Part shown: positions 55,501-64,000 of the stretch, piece after piece
How positions within the stretch are numbered: position 1 is the first letter of the stretch
Layout: every line of letters starts with the position of its first letter
Assembly (NCBI GenBank): GCA_021613535.1
Contig: CP075494.1
Coordinates: 16,864,001-16,928,000 of the forward strand
Reading direction: 5' to 3'
DNA length: 64,000 nt
From: Adineta vaga
Taxonomy: Eukaryota > Animalia > Rotifera
Made by a program: the position numbers and the translations under genes
Notes under the pieces: generated by a model
What the model was told of the DNA's origin: nothing
Database searches by the model: none
What the model saw: the letters and a program-made list of their open reading frames with translations, nothing else

Positions 55501-58500
55501 TTTCGACGTGTTCTGTCTCATACACACCTCATTCGTTCTACTCGAGTGAGTTATAAAAGGAAAAACGTTTTTGGGGTGTGAATATGAGTATAGTGCTATC
55601 CGTGACCCAAGCTCGCACCCGCATTATATCTATACCCTCAAGATCAGTGGTGGATAATTCTAAACATCAATGTATATCACAATTACGAGAGAATTCTTCT
55701 TTGAGACGAAGTCGCGCATGAAAGTTCACTTCTGTTTTTATCCCATTGGGAAATACGATCTGAAAGGCCGTTAAAGTGTTTAAGGGCAGAAATCTGGATC
55801 CCATTCATCCTACAGACACGACCAACAGGGCGAACAACCCCAAGCCCACCCTCACACTATACATGCAAAACGACAGAAGCTATATCTATGTTACAGGATA
55901 GATGAAGGTTCATCGTGTTTCAGATGTTCAACTCCAAAGAGATTGCGCTAACAGCTTTTTTTATTTTGTTTACTAAATTTTTGTTTGTTGGTTTGTTTGT
56001 GGATCTATTTTTTTAAATGAATTTGTGAAATATCTACTCTACACATTCATTGGTGTTTATTATATAATTTGATAAAAAAAATCAAACATCTGAAAATTAG
56101 AAACATACAATATATGTTTCTGAATATGTTGCATAGATAAAACAAATAACGCTCGTCGTGCCAACTCACTTAACCCTCGACTGTGGATGACAGACATTTT
56201 TTATGTTCGCGCGACGACAATCATCGCCACTCCGAAGCATATATCAATATCATAGAAACAATTCTACAATGATATTTATTTATCAATACTCTATTCCATG
56301 ATAAAAAACTAGATCTAACAAATCTTTTTTTCCAATGCATCCGCCCCTACTTCATATACTTCAATCAAACATACAGACTTTTTTTTCCATTACATACGCT
56401 CCTCCAACCGACACTGTCTTCCACAGTCGAGAGTTAAGTGAGTCGGCACGACTAGCGTCACTTGTTATAATTTGAGTGCTCTCCCGATTTTTTAGAACCT
56501 GTCTATGGACATATCACAGACCACGAGCAAAACCCACCATGGGCGACGATAAACCATCATGGGCGACTTTCAGTATTTATCTTTGGTTTTTTCGTTACAT
56601 ACATAAAGTTTGACCTATGACCTTTGACCCTGACACAAACATACAAACAAATTTACATACTACCTATTTTTTTCATGTGACCCTCCTTACAGTCGAGGGG
56701 AAAATTTAACAAAAATGGCACAAAGTAATCGAAGTACTAAAAGTATTGTAAAGTAGCTAGAAGTAGCTCAAAATAGCTTAAAGTAGTGCAAAGTAGCGCA
56801 AATTACATGTAAAGTACCTATAAAGAGACTTGAGGTACACAAAGATACGTGAAGTCACTTCAAATACAAAAGTCCGCTGTTTCCCCTTGGTCTAATGTCT
56901 GTCAAATGGTGGTCATTGTATTGTTGTGAACCGTTCGACCTAAAGTGTCACGAGCAAAGTTGAAATCCTTCATTCTGTGGAGTGGTAATATATTGATGAA
57001 GCATAACTGCATTAGCTACTGACAATATTCCACATGTGTCGTTTGTATTTTTACAAACCTCTGTGTAATTTCAACAGGCTCATACTGAAAACCGTAATGT
57101 TCCATCGAGTTTGGTAAAATTGAACATAACTAACATGTATCTGCAGTTAGTACATTGATCAAATGAACTAAGTAGCATATAATGAGATAACTATCGATTC
57201 TTATTCTGCAAATCATGATAATAAACTACCTTCGGAATTTCACAGGACCAGCATCATCTGCACAAACATGTCTTTATCTTGATCACAAACGATCTATCGA
57301 CGTGAACAAACAACAAGCAATACTCATTAGTAATCTACCATTTATTTATCGTCTTCATGCACAACATACTTTATCAATAAAACGACTTCATCGAGCTCTC
57401 CAACTCGTCGTTGATAAACATCCATCACTTCATACATCACTCATCTTTGATACACAAAATAATCAACTCATCCAACGAATCACATCTCACAAGCATAGCA
57501 ACAACAAAACAATGTTCTCATTTACTCAAAGTAGCTATGAAACAGATGAACAACTCAACAATATCATGCATGATGAAAGAAAAAATACTCAACATTTTGA
57601 TCTGGCTCAAGGTCTTGTCTTTCGATGTCATCTTATACATTACAAAGAGATCATCTCATCAAATGATCTTCTTTCTCATAAAGATCTACTTATCTTCAAT
57701 TTTCATCATGCTTTATTTGATTTTCCATCGATGAATATCTTTCTTCATGATCTCAATCAAGCCTATACAACAAGTCAACTATCTATTGATCAAGACAACA
57801 CTACTCTACGCTATCTCGATTGTAAATATACAAATTGTTTATCTCCTTTCTTCTCTTTTCATAAAACATTACTCATCTATCTTGTTTAGATGCTGTCATC
57901 GAACAACAAATGTCAATGACTGGTGCACAAATGTATTGGTATGATACTCTTTATGGTTGTCAACTCGATCAACCTCTATCATTACCCTATGATCGACATC
58001 GTCTCTCAAACGAATATTCATCTCATCGTGCAGCATCTATCTCATTCGATTTTGGTCAAGATCTTTCACATGAGTTTCTCACCTATGCATCATCACATGA
58101 TATCTCACTTCAACATCTCACATTTGCTATCTATTTCATATTCTTATTCAGATTGACTAAAGGACAAAGAGATCTATGTCTTGGAATGACTATTAATAAT
58201 CGATATCGAGATGAACTTCGATCAGTGATTGGGTTATTTGATAATATCATTCCATTGAGATGTGAACTTGATGTGGATTGGTGTTTTGATCAAGTGATGA
58301 ACAATGTTCGAGAGATGATGACACGTTCAATTAAATATTCTTATTATCCACTTGAACGTATTCTACGTGATCAGCATTTTCATCTAACGCCACATGCTGC
58401 ATGTGTCCATACATCATTTGAATTTATATCATCATCATCATCATCGAAGGGAGAAGATAACACGAATGAAATCGATATTGGCAATAGTAGATTATCTCCG

Positions 58501-61500
58501 ATACCATTGTCAATAATCATGAACAAAGATGAAATGATGAGTCAGTGGGAATTCTATCTTTCTGTTCATCATGATATTCATTCGAGTCAGATGTCATGCA
58601 CAATCCATGCATCACTTGATTTCTTTTATCGAGACACAGTTGCATTGATCTCACAGCGATTTCATTCATTCTTACATCAACTATTTACATCTATTGATAA
58701 TCAACTGAATAAATCGATCTATGAATTATCATTCATATTACCCAACGAAAGATTACTCACACAATCGTTGAACAACACTACTCAAATATCATTCTCTTCG
58801 ATGAGATGTATTCATCATGAATTTGTGCGTCAAGTGATGAGCCATCCACAAAAACTAGCTGTTGAATTGGATGATCAATCTTTGACATATGCTGAACTAT
58901 TATATTATGTTCAGCTGTTATCGTCACACCTCTTAACTCACTATAATATCCTTCCAGGTGAAGTAATTTGTCAATGTGTCGAGAGAAGTCTGTCAATGGT
59001 GAGTCGGTTCTTTTAACAAGTCTTCTCTTGCACATATCATTAATATTTCTCAGGTCATTGGTACGATGGGAATCGAAATGGTAGGTGGTGTGTATTGCCC
59101 ATTATCACCTCGAGATCCACAGTATCGATTAAATACACTTCTAAAACAAACTGAAGCTCGGCTTGTTCTTGTGCATCATTTAACAAAACATAAGGTCGTC
59201 GATCATAGTAATTTATGCGATGTTGAGTGGATATTGAGGGAGAATGCTGTGAACAATGTCTGCGACGTTTACCGATTGTCAAATGTAGTAGTCACGGCGG
59301 ATGACATAGCTTATATCATTTTCACCAGTGGATCTACTGGCATACCAAAGCCGGTGAGTAATTTTGATCCCATGACTATGAAGCTGGATCGACTGTTTCG
59401 CCCTGTTTTAGGTTCAAGTACGACATCGAAATTTTACTCAATTTATGTGCTCATTATTCCATAGTGGTGTATTGAATGAGAACGACATAATTGTACAAAT
59501 TGCGCGTTGCTCTTATGATGCTCACGTTCAAGATATAATAGGTTCATTAACCACTGGAACCACTCTGGCTATGCTACATCCAGGAGGAATCATTGATTTC
59601 GATTATCTTGCCACGGTTATCGAAAAAAAAAGAATTACTTGTATCACTACTGTACCAATCATATTACAAAATTTCTTCACTTTTCTCCGACAAAACCGAT
59701 ATCTCAATGCCACCAGATATCTACGGTCCATTTCTGCTGGCGGTATGCGATCTCTAGATGAATACATTATTTCGTATAACACTTTGCACTACATTCTAGG
59801 TGAGGCCTACTCTGTACAATTAGCAAAACTAATTCAAACCACAGTGAAATTTGATTGTCAACTGTGGAATGTGTATGGACCCGCCGAGGCAACTATTGGT
59901 TGTTTATTTTACCTACTCAATAGGACAGAAGATATGCAGAACGTTCCTATTGGTAAACCACTTCCTAACTATCGATGTATGATCATGGATGATTATTCAC
60001 AATCCCCTCTGGCAAATCAAGAAGGTGAATTATACATTGGAGGGGTAGGCGTCTTTGCCGGATATCTCGGACGCGATGATTTGACATCGAAAGCACTTAT
60101 CGATGTCAACGGTGAGCTGTTCTATCGAACAGGCGATCTTGTACGAATGGATGCAAATGGAATGCTTCATTACATTGGTCGAAAAGATCATCAAGTCAAA
60201 CTTCGAGGACAACGCATTGAACTTGGTGAAATCGAACGATGTTTACTCAACATGTCCATCATCTCTGCTTGTGTTGTTATCAAATGGAATGAAGATCATC
60301 TTGTGGCTTATATTCAATCTTCTCATCTCATAGAAGAACAACAACTCAGACAACATTGCCAATCTCATCTTCCACCACATATGATTCCATCTTTTTTCAT
60401 CATTCTCGAACAACTACCTCTGAATGCTAATGGCAAGATTGATCGAAAACATCTTCCTTCACCTCAGTTTCCATCATCGACTTCATCAAAATATTCTACG
60501 AATGTCGGCGATGAATTCCTACAACCAACAAATGACATCGAACAGATCATTCATAAAATCTGGTGTGATATCTTTCATCAGAACCAAATCTCCATCAACA
60601 CCAATATCTTTACAATTGGTGGTCATTCTCTCCTTGTCATGCAACTCTTTCATCGATATAAGATCGAGTTTCATCTAGAATCTAGTTCTCTTTCCATTTT
60701 CCATTTTTTTCAATATCCAACCATCGCCGAGCATGCCCATTTCATTCATCAAACTCTTAACATCATCATTGAAGACATTGATCATCATCATCACCAATGG
60801 TCAACGTTACATCTCACTCAAGGTAAATGCTACCGTCATATACACTTCACTAACTCTATTACCTCTTTCTCTTCATTCTAGCAAAGGCATCGTACGCACA
60901 AGAACGTATCTTCTTAGATGAACACATTCGTTTCTTCTCCTCCTCCTCCTCTTCCTCCTTCTCATCATCATCATCATCATCATCCATAAATGCCAGTCAT
61001 CATTATAACATCTATGCGATTCCATTACTATATCGTCTCTCATCTCACAATACTTATGTTTCAATCTTTCGATTACGTCATGCATTTCAAAGTCTTATCA
61101 GCAAACATAACATTCTTCGAACAGCACTCTATCTGAATGATGCCAATGGTAGTATTGTACAAGAACGTTTAGATGTATCTTCAAATATGAATGATATGAT
61201 ATCATGTCGATTCACTGTTGTTAACCTTGACAATGATGATGATGATGATGATCGTCATCGACGTGATATTGTTCACAACATTCTTATTCGAAGTGATTTG
61301 TTTGATTTATCACAAGGATACGTCATCAATTGTCATCTTCTTCGCCACTATCGATCATCATCATCATCATCATCATCTTTGCCAGATAATGATGATCTTC
61401 TGACTACAGGCGATTGGATCTTATTTACTCTTCATCATGCAGCATTTGATGGAGCGTCAAGATCGATCTTCCTTCGTGATCTTGCTCTCGCTTACGACCA

Positions 61501-64000
61501 GAATGAGAATTTCTTGTTGAATACTGATACATTGCAATATATTGATTATTCTGTATATGAACATTGCATGGATATGACATTATCTTGTCAATTCTGGCGT
61601 GATCAACTACAAGGATATGATTTTCAACGTCATTTATCATTACCTCTTGATCGACATCGTTCATCAACTGATCAACGATCACATGTAGCATGTACAGTTC
61701 AATTGATATTCGATGATGACATATGCACATCATTTCTTCATTATGCATCATCGCATCATCTCACTTTCTTTCAACTTGGGTTGGCTACATTCTATACATT
61801 TCTATTCAAATTAACTCATGGCCACCGTGATTTGTGTGTAGCTTCGATCAATGCTAATCGATATCGAAATGAAATACTCAATATAATAGGCATGTTTGTA
61901 TCAACATTACCATACCGTCTTCATATCGACGATCACCACTGGTCATTTGATGAACTTGTGAGACATGTACAAGAGAAATGTTTATCGATCCTGGAACATT
62001 CTCATTATCCATTACAAGAGATTCTCTCCCAGTTCCATGTCAATCAATCGAATGCTGCATTTCTCGACATGATGTTTGATTTAATAACTGTTTCTTCTGA
62101 ACATACTCAACTATCTTTGGATAGAGCAAACTTGGAGCAACTATCATTAGAAGAAACAGATGAAATGGCTAAATTTGATTCTATGTTCACATTAGTTTAT
62201 GATTCAACATCACATGTTGATCGATTATCATGTGTTTTAGTGTGCTCACAAGATGTGTTCGAGCAGTCATCAGTGGTACTTTTAAGTCAAAGACTACGAC
62301 ATTTCTATCAACAGCTTTTTTCATTAAATCTAAGTGTCGATGAAACGAATTCATGTCGTGAGTCAATATGGAAACTTGATCTTATTTTGCCGGAAGAAGC
62401 TAGTGAAATCAGCGACGTCTTATTTTGTCAACAATCCAATATCGTGAACGAAGGTATATTCATGTTCATTTGTTGACAACTTGAAGTGCTGTATTCTTGA
62501 AAATGACATAAGGTTCTTGATTACCCAAATAGCTTCGATTCACATGGTTACTGCCTGATTGTCAAAGACTTTCTGATGATTTTCAGCAGATGAAAGCTTG
62601 ATCATAAGTAAAAAGAAGGTTTTCTTACCTAGGTTATTATGCTTAGCTTAGATTCACTTGGAATGACAATAGAAATCATATATTCTTACGCTAATATGTA
62701 GATGTCATTCAATTGTCGACTCTTGCTCTGCTCGAATATGATATATCATGGTATTATCTTCATACCATATGAAATACGGCTTTTGATAACTTGCAGATGA
62801 TTTATAGAAGATTATCTTATGTCTACGCATAAGAGAAAAGAAATCATTCTGCAAGCTGCTTGATCAACCGGAGTAAAATCTGAAGCAATCCGATTCCAGT
62901 AGGATTGCTCTCATCTAATGGAAGGATACAGAGTAATATGGTTCAGGCGAGTTTCGAGACTTGAGGATTGTTTTTTATGTATTTCCAGCAATAACATCTT
63001 TCGCATCGTAAGACTAAAGAAATAGGTCAATAGTGCTCTATTTCTAATTATTAACGATTGCTTTCATTACCAACTATTGTCAGTGTTTATCTTGATTGCA
63101 GTGAGTCTCCCTCTTAGAAACAATAGATCAATTTTGAAGATGGGTCCGAGTGATTCTTTGATGCTATTGAGTCATAAGGCAAGTGTAAAGAGTCAGAATA
63201 GCCTATACTGGTTTGACCTACTTCTCCCTTACACATTATTATTAAAAATGTATTATTGACCACATCATACAATCTAGCACCAGCATCCTATGCTCAAGCT
63301 CGCATTTGGCTCGATGAACGACTTCGATTCGATCCAGAAAATCCACAAGTGGCTATCTATAACATGCCTTTTGTCTATCGTCTCTCTCCAGATAACACTT
63401 TGTCTATTCAACGATTTCATCGAGCTCTCCAACTCGTCGTTGATAAACATCCATCACTTCATACATCACTCATCTTTGATACACAAAATAATCAACTCAT
63501 CCAACGAATCACATCTCACAAGCATAGCAACAACAAAACAATGTTCTCATTTACTCAAAGTAGCTATGAAACAGATGAACAACTCAACAATATCATGCAT
63601 GATGAAAGAAAAAATACTCAACATTTTGATCTGGCTCAAGGTCTTGTCTTTCGATGTCATCTTATACATTACAAAGAGATCATCTCATCAAATGATCTTC
63701 TTTCTCATAAAGATCTACTTATCTTCAATTTTCATCATGCTTTATTTGATTTTCCATCGATGAATATCTTTCTTCATGATCTCAATCAAGCCTATACAAC
63801 AAGTCAACTATCTATTGATCAAGACAACACTACTCTACGCTATCTCGATTGTAAATATACAAATTGTTTATCTCCTTTCTTCTCTTTTCATAAAACATTA
63901 CTCATCTATCTTGTTTAGATGCTGTCATCGAACAACAAATGTCAATGACTGGTGCACAAATGTATTGGTATGATACTCTTTATGGTTGTCAACTCGATCA
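43550..64000 (+). CDS. Spliced multimodular NRPS: [Cy remnant]-A(Cys)/Ox-T-C-C*-A-T-C-C*...; 5' incomplete, one frameshift, runs off window end
   Basis: Exons ~43550-46709, 46776-48266, 57246-57821, 57890-58998, 59054-59353, 59412-59742, 59800-60822, 60882-62453, 63278-63850, 63919->64000, all GT-AG and phase-compatible. A motifs YTSGSTGKPKG, YRTGD, NGKIDR; T motifs LGGNSL, IGGHSL; C motifs HHSVFDG, HHALFDF, HHAAFDG, HHALFDF. Confidence 0.9.
43680..46380 (+). other. Cys-specific adenylation domain with oxidase (SagB/McbC nitroreductase-like) inserted between A8 and A9
   Basis: Code residues from FDLSVYD, WNSVP, VLLSGD, SLGGATEASIW give DLYNLSLIWK. Insert has RKSYRQF, KYRYASAGSLYPVQVY, GIYYHNP, IETGYM, GMCPIG. 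Confidence 0.88.
49189..49451. mobile_element. hAT-type MITE with (ACTCC)-rich 11-bp repeats, copy 1
   Basis: TIR C(T/A)AGGGGGAAAAAGCG; perfect 8-bp TSD GTCCAAAC. Confidence 0.85.
49954..51045. mobile_element. Old hAT-like non-autonomous element
   Basis: Degenerate TIR (..CCAAGCAGGCCA / TGGCTTACTTGG..); GCCTG subterminal arrays; TSD GTGCATAT / GCGCATAT. Confidence 0.55.
52480..52855. mobile_element. CACT-terminated (EnSpm-like) MITE
   Basis: CACTCTAAAAAAGAAGCG ... CGCTTTTTTTTTACAGTG; internal AACC/GGGTT repeats. Confidence 0.65.
52914..53120. repeat. TIR-like end plus (AAAGTANNNN)n subterminal array; matching inverted end and array at 56720-56889
   Basis: CAGGGGAAACAGCG at 52914 versus CGCTGTTTCCCCTTG near 56875-56889; no clean TSD seen. 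Confidence 0.5.
53434..53623. mobile_element. CACT-type hairpin MITE
   Basis: About 65-bp IR GAGTTTTACCGAACCTGTAT..GGGGAAGATCCTTTG; TA flanks. Confidence 0.75.
54143..54431. mobile_element. hAT-type (ACTCC) MITE, copy 2, inverted relative to copy 1
   Basis: Near reverse complement of 49189-49451; TSD GGTAAATG / GGTGAATG. Confidence 0.85.
56141..56702 (-). mobile_element. HINE family A copy with an extra opposed 3' end at 56424-56466
   Basis: Both sub-TIRs (CCCTCGACTG), the 5' hairpin and the 3' stem-loop are present. Confidence 0.65.
57387..57971 (+). repeat. Direct repeat identical to 63416-64000 (offset 6029)
   Basis: No mismatch seen over at least 585 bp, including a 68-nt intron. Confidence 0.9.

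Noticed and set aside
60930-61380. Apparent frameshift or poly-M/poly-R ORFs around (TCA)n tracts
   Set aside because: The exon from 60882 is in frame with ORF 61187; the tracts are in-frame poly-Ser/Asp expansions.
43446-64000. NRPS as bacterial contamination or as an operon of separate ORFs
   Set aside because: ORF breaks coincide with phase-compatible GT-AG introns, and the same HINE family occurs in its intron and elsewhere in the window.

Overview
AT-rich eukaryotic DNA with short (about 55-70 nt) GT-AG introns, most likely a bdelloid rotifer. The taxon is inferred from NHL-repeat, ART-TPR, LRR and orphan GPCR genes next to bacterial-type genes and a spliced NRPS. Left part (1-14 kb): a spliced membrane-anchored NHL gene, an LRR-like gene, an ADP-ribosyltransferase-TPR gene with one in-frame stop, a bacterial-type homocysteine S-methyltransferase split by an intact 5-exon hAT transposon, and a GPCR. 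Middle (14-32 kb): a decayed ~18 kb Helentron/Helitron2 (OTU-Rep-PIF1) with identifiable termini, carrying a full-length RTE LINE and other nested elements. 32-43 kb is a MITE/HINE graveyard. Right (43.5 kb to window end): a spliced multimodular NRPS reading [Cy remnant]-A(Cys)/Ox-T-C-C*-A-T-C-C*... Its first module has the canonical cysteine code DLYNLSLIWK and an embedded, apparently internally duplicated SagB/nitroreductase oxidase, i.e. a thiazole-forming (EpoB/MtaD-type) module joined to intron-rich host-type modules. This is the most notable system here, but this copy lacks most of the upstream Cy domain and has one homopolymer frameshift. All calls are by eye; no database searches were run.
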